Shown: positions 38,641 through 49,293, counted from the stretch's first letter. The stretch is 64,000 nucleotides of DNA from Candidatus Eiseniibacteriota bacterium (GCA_963702435.1 CAVPCR010000001.1:480001-544000); one strand, 5' to 3'. Program-made: numbers and translations. Notes: generated by a model not told the origin, from the sequence alone.

Positions 38641-40412
38641 TCGCCGCCCCGCACGCGGATCCGCGCTTCCTCGAGATTCAGGCGGACCGCCGAGTTGGAG
38701 GGATCGAGCGCGAGGAGGTCCTCCCAGTAGCGAATGGCCCCGGCGTAGTCGCCGGTGTTGAAGAGCCGCATTCCGTCGACGTAGAGCCGCCGCGCCTGCT
38801 CGCGCACGCCGGGATCGGTGAGCGCCGAGCTCGGCGCGATCCGCGCCCGGAGCGCGAGCGCGGTCTCGTCGCGCGGGCGGATCGCGAGCAGCGAATCGAG
38901 GGTCGCCGTCGCCAGCTCGCTCTTGCCGACGGCAAAGGCCTCGAGGGCGCGCACGAGGAAGCCCAGACGCTCGAGTTCGGCCGTGCGCACGCCGAGATCC
39001 TCGCGGGTGGCGACCAGGCTGTCGGCGGTCGCGCTCAGCCGGTCGCGCACGCGTCCGATGTTCTCGACCACCGCCGGATCGTCGGGAGCGACCTCGAGGA
39101 TGCGGCCCCAGGCGGCGGCCGCCCCGGCCGGATCGCCGGCCGCTACGGCCGCCTCGGCCTCCGCGTGCAGGCGCGTGATCGTCGTCGAACGCTCCCGCTC
39201 GCTGAGCTGCACCGAGTCGCGCGCGGCGGCCACCCGGCGCGCCTCGATGTCGAGGAGCGCCGCCTTGGCCTCCGCATCCTCCGGCCGCTGGGCGAGGACG
39301 GCGAGCCACGCCGCCTCCGCGACCGCCGGATCCTCGGTCGCGCGCGCGCGGGTGCGCAGGTTCTCGGCGGCGCCGGTGAGCGCCTGCTCGGCGGCGGCCG
39401 CGGCCACGGCGCTCCGCTCCTCCGCCACCGCCATCTCGGCCCGGGCCGCCCGGTCGGCCGCACCCTCGCCGAGCCGCGCCGACACCGAGACCAGGTGCAC
39501 GAGACCGAGGTCGTGCGATTCGAGCCCGTAGTCGAAGGCGAGGAACCCGGCCGTGAACCCGAGCCCGAAGCGGGGGCTCGCGCCGTGCATGCCGGCGCGG
39601 CCCGCCAGGTTCGAGACGATCTGGACCTCGGCGCCGGCGGCGAAGGGCGCGGTGCCGCCGCCGAATCCGGTCTCCGCGGAGAGGAGGAGCGGGCGGCCGG
39701 CCACCCGGCGCTCGTAGGTCGCCCCGACCGCGAGCGAACGCGGCAGCCGCTCGGCCTCGGCGCCGAGCGTGAGCGACGGAGCGAGCAGGTTCCGCACGCG
39801 AAGACCGAGATCGAGCGCCGGGCGCGGGTGCGCCGCGATCCCGAGATCGAGGCCGACGCCGGTGGCCGCCGTCGCGCCGAAGCTCTGGCGGCGCAGGCGG
39901 AAGGACACGCCGACGTCGAGCGCGGAGGAGCCGGCGCCGATTCCGGACGCGGCGCTCTCGTCCGGCGCGGCGAGCGCAAGCGGCCAGGCCAGGCCGACCG
40001 CGTAGCCGGTCGCGATCTCGACGTCGCCGAAGGAGGCGCTCCCGGTCGGGGTACCCAGCGGATCGTAGGTCTCGATGTCGCCGACCCCGATCCGGGCCAG
40101 GCTCCCGCCGAGGACCCCGGGGCCGAACGGCCAGGCCACGTGCACCGCGTCGAGGCTCGCGCCCTCCGGGAGCGGGGCGAAGTGGGCCTCGATCCGGGTC
40201 CCGCCGGCGAGGGCGAGGCGCGCCGGGTTCCAGTAGAGCGCGCCGCCCGCCCCGCCGAGCGCGATCGCGCTCCCCAGCGCCCGTTCGCGCGCGCCGATCC
40301 CGGTCGCGAAGAGGTCCTCCTCCCCCGCCGCCGCGCGCGCCACGGCCGGCCCCAGCGCCAGCGTGGCGCAGGCGATCGCGAGGGCTGTGCAAATACTAGC
40401 GGATGGCCGCAA
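38637..40412 (-). CDS. PorV-family outer-membrane barrel fused to C-terminal TPR repeats
   Basis: GIGARERALGSA, ALYWNPA.L, DLG..H.VSV, then helical TPRs (LFNTGDYAGAI.YWE..L.LDP.N). Confidence 0.85.
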   Translation of the reverse strand: MRPSASICTALAIACATLALGPAVARAAAGEEDLFATGIGARERALGSAIALGGAGGALYWNPARLALAGGTRIEAHFAPLPEGASLDAVHVAWPFGPGVLGGSLARIGVGDIETYDPLGTPTGSASFGDVEIATGYAVGLAWPLALAAPDESAASGIGAGSSALDVGVSFRLRRQSFGATAATGVGLDLGIAAHPRPALDLGLRVRNLLAPSLTLGAEAERLPRSLAVGATYERRVAGRPLLLSAETGFGGGTAPFAAGAEVQIVSNLAGRAGMHGASPRFGLGFTAGFLAFDYGLESHDLGLVHLVSVSARLGEGAADRAARAEMAVAEERSAVAAAAAEQALTGAAENLRTRARATEDPAVAEAAWLAVLAQRPEDAEAKAALLDIEARRVAAARDSVQLSERERSTTITRLHAEAEAAVAAGDPAGAAAAWGRILEVAPDDPAVVENIGRVRDRLSATADSLVATREDLGVRTAELERLGFLVRALEAFAVGKSELATATLDSLLAIRPRDETALALRARIAPSSALTDPGVREQARRLYVDGMRLFNTGDYAGAIRYWEDLLALDPSNSAVRLNLEEARIRVRGGE

Positions 40413-43400
40413 TTTTCACCGTGGAGTCGATGCCGCCGCCGCGGATCCGACAGTGGTAAACCCCGTTCCGGACCGGCGCCCCGGCGTCGTTGCGGCCGTC
40501 CCAGTCCACCTGATTCAGGCCGCTCCGCCCGCCCGGCGTGCCGCCGACGAGCGTCCGGGACCACACGCGGTCCCCGTAGAGCGTGAAGATCTCGATGTCG
40601 ACCGCGGAGTCCTCCGCAAGCAGGTAGGTGATGCGGGTTCCGTCCCTGCCCGGCGCGAAGGGATTGGGAGCGGCGAGCGGACGTTCGTACAGCGTGAGCG
40701 GGGCCGATTCGACGAGACCCGCCGCGAGCACGAACGGCACGGGCTCGCCCGAGATCGGGTCCCGGAGCGCGAGCGCGCCCGGTTCTCCGATCGTCAGCCG
40801 ATAGGTGCCGGCCTCGGCGCTCGCCGCCACCCCCGCGAGGAGCACGTAGGCGCGGGTCTCCTGGCCGGCCAGCGTGTCGGAGAGCGCGAGCGCAGGCGGT
40901 CCAGCGCCGGTCCAGGACGCGACCAGCTCGCCGGACGGCGCGTCGCGGCGGAGCTCGAGACGGGCGAACGTGGCGCCCAGGTCCGCGGCCGAGCGCCCCG
41001 CGAACTCTGCCGCGCCGCCGGTCAGACGCTCCGCCCCGTTCTCCTCGACTGCGAGGCGGGCGAGGGCCGGGACGATCTCCTCGAGGACGACGGCGTGGGC
41101 GGCCGGGGCCGCGTTGGCGACGGTGAAGGAGAGGACCGCGACCGGCGCTCCCCCGCGGAGGAGGGCCGGCGCGGGGATCGCGAGCGGGGCGCCGGCGAGC
41201 TCGGCGGCCACCGCCTGGGTAGCGAGGCCGAGTGCCGCCTCCGGGCGCGCGAGGGCGGCCGGAAGCCCCGTGTTCTCGTCGGGCGGGGCGGCGACCGCGC
41301 GCACGCTGATCGCGAGCGGCGGCGAGCTCTCGGCGGCCGCCACCACGCGCCAGCGCACGGGGTCCCCCACCGTGAAGGAACGCTCGACCGGCTCGCCGGA
41401 TGCGAGGGCCAGCCGGGCGTCACCGAGCGCGATCGCGAGCGTGCCGGCGCCGGGGGCCGCCGCGGTGCCCTCGTTCGTCACCAGGGCCTCGATCGTCACC
41501 TCCTGCCCGGGCAGGGCCACTCCCGACCGCGCATTCACGGGCTCGACGATCGACGCCGCCAGCGCGAGCCGCGCCGCCGCCACGGTCTCGATCGCGACGG
41601 TCGCCCGCCCTGCGGAAACCTGCGCTTCACCGTTGGTATTCAAGTCGAGGGGCACGGCGCTGATCACGACCGCGAACGAATCGCGGGCCGCGGCCGCCGG
41701 CGGCACCACGACCGCGAACGGCACGTCCGCCCCGGCCGTGAAGCGCTGCTCACTCGGGCCGAGGATGCCGTACCCGGCCGGCACCGCGAGCGTGACCGTG
41801 CCGTCGCTCCCGATCGGGGCCTGGCCCTGGTTGTCCACGGTGACCAGGAGGTCGACGAGCGAGCCGCTCGAGGCCACCCCGTCCAGCGTGCCGGCGGGTC
41901 CGTGGAGCGCGAGCCGCGCCGCGAGCGCCGCCTCGGTCGCGATCGCGAGCCGGAGCGTGTCGTCGAGCGCCGGCAGGATCTCGGGGCCGAGTCCGGAGAG
42001 GACGCCGGCGCCGCCCTGGAGCGCCGCCGTGACGAGCGCGCTCCCCGCCGTCCCGGCGGCGACCGCGGCGAGCGCATAGCTCGCGGTGTCGCCGCCCGCG
42101 ATCGCCCCGAGCGGGATGGTGACCGGCGCGGCGAGCCCCGGACCGCTCACGGTGGCGTTGCCGCCGACGACCCCTTCCGCCCGCGGGTTCGCCACCCGGA
42201 GCCGGAGCGGGAGAGGCTGGCCGCGGTTCACGCGCGCCCCGCGCGGCGCCGCGCTCGCGAGCTCGACCACGCGCAGCGCGGCGGCGGTGACCACGCTCAG
42301 CTGGTCGGGCGCGAGATCGATCGCGAAGACCACCGGCTCGCCGTTCCAGTCGGTGCCGTGGAAATCGAGGGCCGGGGTGTGGAGGCCGACGCCCACGCTC
42401 TGGAGCGCGGTCGTGGCGAAGTACAGCGTATCGACGGCTCCGGCGGCAAGTTCTGCGGTCGTCCGCAACATGTCAATCGGGACGACGAGACCGGCCACCT
42501 CGATCACGGTGGCGGCCGCGGGGCGGAGCGCGGCGCCGCCGCGATTCTCGACCGCGGCCTGGAAGGCGACCAGCTGCCCGGCGACCGCGAGCCGCGGCGC
42601 GAGCGTGCCCGGGACGTAGCGGAGGTCGACCGGCGCCTCGACCACGAGCTCGCCGGCGGGCGCCGTCACGACCGGCGTCCCGGGGACCCCGTGCTCGGCC
42701 GCCGCGACCTCGAGCCGCGGCGCGTAGGCCTGGGCGGCGAGGTCGGCCGGCACCGGCTCCTCGGGGAAGGTGAGGGTCACATCCTCGCCGCCGGCGACGA
42801 CCGCGGTCGGCCCGGCGTAGCTCGCGCTGAAGCGATGGACCCCGTCGGTCACTTGGAGCTCGCTCCCGGCGCGGACCTCGACCGGCGCGCCGCCGTCGTT
42901 GGCGAGCCGGAGCCGGAAGGAGGCACGTTGCCCGCGCGTCACCCGGTCCGGGTCGAGGCTCCCGCCCACCCAGCGCAGCACGGCCGGGCTCTCGACGACG
43001 AGCGGCGCGGGCACGGAGAGCGACACCGCCCCCTCGATCCCGTGCTCGCGGGTGAGGACGACGACGGTGAGCGGGATCCCCCCGGGGCCGAGCGCGGGTG
43101 CGATCTCCCCCGGGCCGAAGACGCAATCGGCGCCGGCGCCGGGTCCGATCGTCCGCTCGCCGCCGGCGAGCGCGAGCTCGATCGCGACCGCCCCGCTCAG
43201 ACGGAGGAGCGTGCCCTCGCGCACCGTGATGTCCCCGCCGCCGTTATTGACGATACGAAGTGAAAAGCTGTGGAGCTGGCCGAGCGACACCGAGTCCGGA
43301 GTGACGCTCTGCGTGGCGAGGGCGAGGGCGGCCGGGGCCGCCACGGAGAGCGAGTCCGGGAGCAGGAGCGAGGCCCCGTACGGCGCCCCGTGCTCGAGCC

Positions 43401-46400
43401 CGGAGAGGTCGAGGCGGACCGGCCAGCGCCCGGCCGGATAGCCGGCGGGGACGACGAGGTCGGCGAAGCGGAGCGCGGTCGAGCCGCCGCCCGTGATGTA
43501 CGTGGCCTGGGCGAGGCCGACCGCGAGCGGATTCCCGCCCGGGCCGAAGGTGAGGCGGGTCGCCGCCGGGTCGAGGACCACGCCGGCCATGCCCGCGTTC
43601 GCGACGACCACGCTCGCCGCGTGCGTCTGTCCGCTCGCGACGAGCACCGGAGCGAGGCTCCCCGCGACCGGCGTGACCTGGGCGGCCGTATCCACGATCC
43701 AGGTGTCGGGAACGGCGCCGGTCGCGGCGCGCGGGCCGCCGCCGGTCTGGTAGGCGGCCGTGGCGTCGATCGAGACGGCGCCGAGGCTCGCCAGCGGATC
43801 CACATCCACCGTCACCGTGAAGCTCTCGGTGGCGCGCGGCGCGACGGAGTGCGGGAGCGCCGGGGCGACGCCGCGCTCGGCGTAGGCCGGCGCCGAGAAG
43901 GAGAGGTCGACGCCGGTCACGAGGACCGGGCTCGCGCCCAGGTTCACGACCTCGACCTCGACCTCGACGCCGGTCTGCCCGCGCGCGACGCGCGCGGGGG
44001 CGGTGACCGCACCGAGAACGAGACTGACGACGCCGAAGGCGTCCACATCGCCCGCGATCAGCGTGTCGATGTCCGCGCCGCGGGCATCGCTGCCGCGGAG
44101 CGAGAGGAGCGGCGTGTACTGCCCGGGCGGGAGCGCGGGATCGACCCGCGTCCGCGTGAAGCGGAGCTCGCCCACCTGGCCCGCGGGCACGGTGGCCGGC
44201 GCCGCGAGCGCGCTCGCGTAGGTCACGCCGCCGGGCTCCCCCAGGCGGATCGCGGTCCCGCCGGCCAGGGTGGCCGCGGTCGGGCCCAGGTTCTGGACCA
44301 CGATGCGGAAGTCGATCGTGTCGCCGGGCGCCGCGCTGGCTGGATCGAGCGTGTGCGGCACGAGGGCCAGGCGCACCTGCGGCGCGAAGTGAACGGCGAC
44401 CGTGCCGGCGGCCGTGCCGCCGTCCGGACCCGGACCGCTCGTCGCTGAAATCAACGCGTCGCCGGGAGTTTCTGCGGCCCGCACGCTGACCGCGAAACGC
44501 CCGGCGGCATCCGTCCGGCGCTGGATCCCGGGCGCCGCGCTCTCGTCCACGGCGACGAGAGTCCCGAGCGTCGTCGCCACGGTGACGAAGCGATCGGCGA
44601 CCGCGTTCCCGTGGCGGTCGGTGACCGGACCGCCCGCCACCGGCGCCGCCGAGCGCCCGTCCGCGGTCAGGGTGTCGGGCACGGCGACGAGCGGGATCGG
44701 GCCCGCCGCCGGCGCCGGCACCAGCGTGACGCCGGGGTGCGCGGCCGCGGCCAGGAAACCGGCCGCGTCCGCGGCCGTGACCGTGAACGACCCGGCCCGC
44801 GGATCGCGCACGCGGATCAAGCCCCCGCTCGTCCCGCCGGCGAGGACCAGCGAATCGAGCGGCCCCGCCGACCAGGTGGCCCCGCTGTCCGTCGAGAACC
44901 GCGCGCTCGGCGAGTCGGCGGCCAGGCGCACGCGCGGGGTCGCGCCCGGGTCCTGATTCCCGTAGCTGTCCTCCGCCTCGACGCCGAGCGCGATCGCCGC
45001 GAACGCGGTGTCGGCGATGGGGACGGCCGGCGTGAACACGAGCCGGGTGGCGCCGGCGGCGTTCGTCGTGAGCTCGATGCCGGCGATCGTCCCGGCGCCG
45101 AGCGCGGCCGTCCACGCATCGAGCGAATCGACGCGCCCGGCCGCATCCGGGGCCAGGTAGCGCACGCGGAGGCGACCCTCCGCGTCGGTGCGCCCCGATT
45201 GCGCGGTGGGACCGCCTTCCGTGCCGCCGGGATGGGCGGGATCCGGGGCCAGGGTCCCGTCGGCCGGATCGACGATGGCGATCGTCGCCGCCTCCCCCGC
45301 GACCGCGTTCCCCGCCGCGTCCGCCACCGCGAGCGTGATCCCCTGCTCGCCGCCCGCGGTCACGGGGACCGAGCCCGGCGGCAGGAGCACGGCCGTCGCC
45401 GGCGGACCGGCGACCACGTCGATCGCGGTCTGCTCGCCGCGGAGTCCGGCTGCCGGGTCCTCGGCGGCAACGAGATGCGACCCCGCCGTCATCAGCCGGA
45501 CCGCGTCCGGGAAGAGACGGCGACCCGAGTCGGCGAGACCGAAGGTGTAGGGAGCGGGCAGGAGAACGCCGGGGTGCGGGTCGTCGGTCGCGAACGAGAC
45601 CACGCCCTGGTAGTCGGCGGCCAGATTGCCGAAGGCGTCGAAGACCTCGACCAGGACATCGCTCGGGACACCCGCCGCGAGCGGATCGGCGATCCCGGAC
45701 ACGGCGAGACGCGCGGCGGGACCCGCGAGCACCGTGATCTCGGCCTGTACCCCGGAAATCTGCGGATCGACGCTATCTTCTGCGGAGAGCCGGTGCTCCC
45801 CCGTGGTCGCGAGCACGATCTCGCCCGCGAACAGATGAAACCCCTGGTCAGCGGGCGTGAAGGTGTAGTCGGCGGGGAGCGTCACCCCGCTCCCCTGGTC
45901 GCTCGCCATGAAGCGCACGGTGCCCGCGTAGTCGGCCGCGCGATTCCCGTGCGCGTCGAGCGCCTCGACCCCGACGCTCGCCTGCTCGCCGGCCACGATC
46001 GGATCGAGCACGCCGGCGACGACAAGGCGCGCCGCCGGTCCCGCCACTGTCGAGACGGTGGCGAGGGCGGGGGTGAGCGCGGGCGGGGTCACGTCGCCGT
46101 CGGCGGCGCGGAGCGGCACGGTGCTCCCGGCCATCGTCTCGACGACGGTCAGCGTGACGCCGGCCGAGTCGGCCGGGATGGTCACCTCCGGGCCGGGAAC
46201 GCCGCCCGCGAACACGCGGAGCGTGGGCGACCCCGCGGTGAGGCTCACGAGCTGATCCGCTCCGGGCGGGCTCGGGTTTCCGTACCGGTCGAACACCGCG
46301 AGGTACAGGAACGCCGGCACTCCCGCTTCGAGATCGAGGTTGGCCGGCTCGAAGCTCAGGTAGAGCGCCGGACTCGCGATGACCGAGAGCGCGGGCGACC

Positions 46401-46944
46401 CGAGAGTCAGCGGGACGGGGAACTCCGGTTCGTCGGGATTGCTGGCGACGGCGAACACCGCGGTGGCCGGGGCGTTCGATTGCGCTGCCGCCGCGCCCGC
46501 GGGCGCCGGCACGCCGTAGCTCACGACGAGATGATCGCCCGCGAGCACGCGGTCGCCGGGATCGGCCCCGGCGAAGACCCGGATCTCCTGCCCCACGACG
46601 ACGACCGAGTCGAGGCTCGTCCCCGGGCCGCTCACCTCCACGTGGCCGGGCTCGATCAGCGAACCGGCGACCGGGGCGCTCCAGCCCGCGGGGATCGTGA
46701 CGGTGACCACCCCGCCGCGCACCGGGTGGAAGTCCTCGTGGACCTCGAAGTCGATCGTCCAGCTCCCGGACGAGCCGGCGACGACCGGGTCGGGCGGCGC
46801 GATGGTCGCTGCACCGCTCCCGGGGCCGGCCATGGCGGACCCAGAGGTAGCGAGGACGAGGATCAGGCCGGCGAGCGCGGCGGCCGGGCACGGTCGCCCG
46901 AGCAGGCGCGCGAGAAGCGCGACGCGGCCGGAAGGCGATGCCAT
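40396..46944 (-). CDS. Large (~2180 aa) secreted multi-Ig-domain surface protein with FlgD/T9SS-like C-terminal domain
   Basis: Signal peptide; repeated A.RL....AG....V.A.D..GN invasin/Big_1-like units; L.P....G....F...V.N.G units; C-terminal PNPF.P...T.I.Y.L....V.I.IF...G..V...WDGRN..G..V.NGVY. Confidence 0.88.
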   Translation of the reverse strand: MASPSGRVALLARLLGRPCPAAALAGLILVLATSGSAMAGPGSGAATIAPPDPVVAGSSGSWTIDFEVHEDFHPVRGGVVTVTIPAGWSAPVAGSLIEPGHVEVSGPGTSLDSVVVVGQEIRVFAGADPGDRVLAGDHLVVSYGVPAPAGAAAAQSNAPATAVFAVASNPDEPEFPVPLTLGSPALSVIASPALYLSFEPANLDLEAGVPAFLYLAVFDRYGNPSPPGADQLVSLTAGSPTLRVFAGGVPGPEVTIPADSAGVTLTVVETMAGSTVPLRAADGDVTPPALTPALATVSTVAGPAARLVVAGVLDPIVAGEQASVGVEALDAHGNRAADYAGTVRFMASDQGSGVTLPADYTFTPADQGFHLFAGEIVLATTGEHRLSAEDSVDPQISGVQAEITVLAGPAARLAVSGIADPLAAGVPSDVLVEVFDAFGNLAADYQGVVSFATDDPHPGVLLPAPYTFGLADSGRRLFPDAVRLMTAGSHLVAAEDPAAGLRGEQTAIDVVAGPPATAVLLPPGSVPVTAGGEQGITLAVADAAGNAVAGEAATIAIVDPADGTLAPDPAHPGGTEGGPTAQSGRTDAEGRLRVRYLAPDAAGRVDSLDAWTAALGAGTIAGIELTTNAAGATRLVFTPAVPIADTAFAAIALGVEAEDSYGNQDPGATPRVRLAADSPSARFSTDSGATWSAGPLDSLVLAGGTSGGLIRVRDPRAGSFTVTAADAAGFLAAAAHPGVTLVPAPAAGPIPLVAVPDTLTADGRSAAPVAGGPVTDRHGNAVADRFVTVATTLGTLVAVDESAAPGIQRRTDAAGRFAVSVRAAETPGDALISATSGPGPDGGTAAGTVAVHFAPQVRLALVPHTLDPASAAPGDTIDFRIVVQNLGPTAATLAGGTAIRLGEPGGVTYASALAAPATVPAGQVGELRFTRTRVDPALPPGQYTPLLSLRGSDARGADIDTLIAGDVDAFGVVSLVLGAVTAPARVARGQTGVEVEVEVVNLGASPVLVTGVDLSFSAPAYAERGVAPALPHSVAPRATESFTVTVDVDPLASLGAVSIDATAAYQTGGGPRAATGAVPDTWIVDTAAQVTPVAGSLAPVLVASGQTHAASVVVANAGMAGVVLDPAATRLTFGPGGNPLAVGLAQATYITGGGSTALRFADLVVPAGYPAGRWPVRLDLSGLEHGAPYGASLLLPDSLSVAAPAALALATQSVTPDSVSLGQLHSFSLRIVNNGGGDITVREGTLLRLSGAVAIELALAGGERTIGPGAGADCVFGPGEIAPALGPGGIPLTVVVLTREHGIEGAVSLSVPAPLVVESPAVLRWVGGSLDPDRVTRGQRASFRLRLANDGGAPVEVRAGSELQVTDGVHRFSASYAGPTAVVAGGEDVTLTFPEEPVPADLAAQAYAPRLEVAAAEHGVPGTPVVTAPAGELVVEAPVDLRYVPGTLAPRLAVAGQLVAFQAAVENRGGAALRPAAATVIEVAGLVVPIDMLRTTAELAAGAVDTLYFATTALQSVGVGLHTPALDFHGTDWNGEPVVFAIDLAPDQLSVVTAAALRVVELASAAPRGARVNRGQPLPLRLRVANPRAEGVVGGNATVSGPGLAAPVTIPLGAIAGGDTASYALAAVAAGTAGSALVTAALQGGAGVLSGLGPEILPALDDTLRLAIATEAALAARLALHGPAGTLDGVASSGSLVDLLVTVDNQGQAPIGSDGTVTLAVPAGYGILGPSEQRFTAGADVPFAVVVPPAAAARDSFAVVISAVPLDLNTNGEAQVSAGRATVAIETVAAARLALAASIVEPVNARSGVALPGQEVTIEALVTNEGTAAAPGAGTLAIALGDARLALASGEPVERSFTVGDPVRWRVVAAAESSPPLAISVRAVAAPPDENTGLPAALARPEAALGLATQAVAAELAGAPLAIPAPALLRGGAPVAVLSFTVANAAPAAHAVVLEEIVPALARLAVEENGAERLTGGAAEFAGRSAADLGATFARLELRRDAPSGELVASWTGAGPPALALSDTLAGQETRAYVLLAGVAASAEAGTYRLTIGEPGALALRDPISGEPVPFVLAAGLVESAPLTLYERPLAAPNPFAPGRDGTRITYLLAEDSAVDIEIFTLYGDRVWSRTLVGGTPGGRSGLNQVDWDGRNDAGAPVRNGVYHCRIRGGGIDSTVKIAAIR

Positions 46945-47217
46945 GCGGCGGCCCCGCGCCGGGCAGGCGCAGGCCGAGGCAGTGCCGGAATGGAAGCGAG
47001 GTCGAAGCATGAACGCGCGGTATCGAGCTCTGGGTCGAGGAACCCCCGGCCGGCCGGCTCTTTGCCATCAGCCTTCCTCAAGGCCATGGCCGGGCTTCAC
47101 TTGGAGGTATCGGCGGGTCCGGGGCGATGCCAAGCGGAATGACGGGCGGGCGGCGGCAGGCGACCACCTGCCCGCTCCCGCGGATCGCCGCGCCTGTCCC
47201 GGAGCGGATCAGCGCGA

Positions 47218-47349
47218 GGAACGGCATGGACCTCTGCGCCGCGATCGCCGGGAACGGCATGGAGGCCTGCGCCGCGATCGCCGGGAACGGCATGGAGGCC
47301 TGCGCCGCGATCGCCGGGAACGGCATGGAGGCCTGCGCCGCGATCGCCG
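47218..47349. repeat. 33-bp tandem repeat x4 with no spacers, in a divergent intergenic region
   Basis: GGAACGGCATGGAGGCCTGCGCCGCGATCGCCG; three identical copies and one variant. Confidence 0.95.
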
Positions 47350-47367
47350 GTATGTCACCATGGGCCC

Positions 47368-49293
47368 ATGCATCCAGCGCACCGCCGCTTCCTCGCCGCC
47401 CTCGCCCTGCTCGCGGCGCTCGCCGGCGTCCGCTACGCCTGGACGATGGGCATCTCGTTCATCAACGACGACTTCCTGTTCCTCGAACGCGCGCGCCAGG
47501 GGACCTTCACCGCCAACTGGAACAGCGACGACGCGCTCGGCAACGTCTATCGCCCGCTCACCCGGAACCTCTACTTCTGGATCGGGCTCCGCCTCTTCGG
47601 CCGCGAGCCGGGGCCCTACCACGCGGTGAACCTCGCCATCCATGCGGCGGGGATCGTGCTCATGGCCCTGGTCGCGCGCCGGCTGGTGGCGGGCGCCTTC
47701 CGCCTCCCTGCGGGGAGCGCCGGCGCGAGCGGGGCCGGCCTGCTCGCCGCGCTCCTCTTCGCGCTGCATCCGGCCGCCGGCACCCCGGCGTCCTGGGTGT
47801 GCGGCGTGCAGGACCTCCTCGCCGTGGATCTCGCGCTCGCCGCGCTGCTCGCCCATCTCGGCGGCCGCCGCGTCCTCTACGCCCTGTTCTATGCGGGAGC
47901 GCTCCTCTCCAAGGAGACCGGCGCGTTCCTCTTCCCGCTCGTCTTCTTCTGGGACTGGACGGTGGACGGCGTCCCCGTGCGCCGCGCCCTCGTCCGGCAG
48001 CTCCCAGTGGCCGCGCTCTTCGCGGCCTGGCTCGCGCTCAATCCATGGCTGCCGTGGAATGCGCTCGGGCGGACCATCCACTCGCCCGAGCCGGGCCGCG
48101 CGAGCCTCCTCGGTCGCTTCGATCCCGAGACCCTGTGGGTCACGATCCGCGCGCTGTTCCTCGTCGAGCCGGCGGCGGAGATCCGCTGGCCTTACGGCCC
48201 CGCCGCCACCGGGGGACAGGTCCTCCTCGCCGGCGCCGTCCTCGGGATCGCGCTCGGCCTCCTGGGCGGCGGCGACGAGAAGAGCCCCACCCGGAGGGAG
48301 AAGAGCCCCGCCCGCGCGACCGCCGCCCCGCGCCGCGCGCCGCATGCCTTCTTCGCCTTCTTCGCCTTCGCCGTCCTCTGGTCCCTGTCGGCGATCGTGC
48401 CGCTGATCACGGTGGTGAGCCACTTCGTGTACTACGCGTACTATCCGGCGCTCGGGCTCTCGCTCCTCCTCGCGGGTCTCGCCGCCGCTGCGCACCGCCG
48501 CTGGCCGGCGCGCGGCCCGCGGATCGCCACCTCCATCCTCGCCGGCGCCGCGACCGCGGTCCTCCTCGGCGGAGCCGCGCTCGTATATCCGCCCGCGCTC
48601 TGCGATGCCCACAACATCCGCCGCGCCTCGCACCACCTCTGGAACTTCCGGGACGATCTCCGTCGCCATCACCCGGTCCTTCCCGAGAGCGCGCGCGTGT
48701 ACTTCTGGAACATCCCGCCGTGGATCGGCTTCCAGCTCGCCGACGGTCCCGCCCTCCGCGTCTGGTACGGCGACCCGACCCTCAGCGGGCACTTCCTGAG
48801 CGCCTACGCTCCGGATCCGCGGCGGCCCGCCTTCTTCTTCGGGCACGACGACGCCATGCGCCTGGTCGAGATCGTGCGCGGGCTTCCCGATCCGGCGCTC
48901 GCCGCACCGCCGCCCATCTACCAGGCGGCGCACACCGACCTCGGCTCGACCCTGGCCGGAGCCGGCGAGCACGAGGACGCCCTCGTCGAGTGGCGCAAGG
49001 TTTTGCAGGTGGACGCCACTTTCTCCGATGCGGCCGCCAACCTGGGCATGACCCTGTGCCGTCTCGAGCGCTACGCGGAGGCGGTGCCGGCGCTCGAGCT
49101 CGCCGCGCGGCTCGAACCGGCCGCGGCCGATGTGCGCCTCGATCTCGGCCAGGCCCTGCTCGCCCTCGGCCGCTATCGCGAGGCGCTGCCCGCGCTCGAG
49201 GCGACCCTCGCCCTCGCCCCGGACCAGCCCGGGCGGGACCGGATCGCCGCGGCGATCGAGAGCCTGCGGGCGGAGATCGCGCGGGGACGCTGA
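47368..49293 (+). CDS. Polytopic membrane GT-C-like protein with C-terminal TPRs (TMTC-like)
   Basis: F.NDD, YRPL, YH.VNL..H, LFALHP....SW, LSKE, multiple TMs, TPR tail. Confidence 0.82.
   Translation: MHPAHRRFLAALALLAALAGVRYAWTMGISFINDDFLFLERARQGTFTANWNSDDALGNVYRPLTRNLYFWIGLRLFGREPGPYHAVNLAIHAAGIVLMALVARRLVAGAFRLPAGSAGASGAGLLAALLFALHPAAGTPASWVCGVQDLLAVDLALAALLAHLGGRRVLYALFYAGALLSKETGAFLFPLVFFWDWTVDGVPVRRALVRQLPVAALFAAWLALNPWLPWNALGRTIHSPEPGRASLLGRFDPETLWVTIRALFLVEPAAEIRWPYGPAATGGQVLLAGAVLGIALGLLGGGDEKSPTRREKSPARATAAPRRAPHAFFAFFAFAVLWSLSAIVPLITVVSHFVYYAYYPALGLSLLLAGLAAAAHRRWPARGPRIATSILAGAATAVLLGGAALVYPPALCDAHNIRRASHHLWNFRDDLRRHHPVLPESARVYFWNIPPWIGFQLADGPALRVWYGDPTLSGHFLSAYAPDPRRPAFFFGHDDAMRLVEIVRGLPDPALAAPPPIYQAAHTDLGSTLAGAGEHEDALVEWRKVLQVDATFSDAAANLGMTLCRLERYAEAVPALELAARLEPAAADVRLDLGQALLALGRYREALPALEATLALAPDQPGRDRIAAAIESLRAEIARGR

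Noticed and set aside
35749..40392. 1547-aa ORF as one protein
   Set aside because: The first ~580 aa are an off-frame overlap of the PorV-TPR gene; the real start is ATG 38640.
47218..47349. 33-bp repeats as a CRISPR array
   Set aside because: Units are directly adjacent with no spacers, and no cas genes are present.
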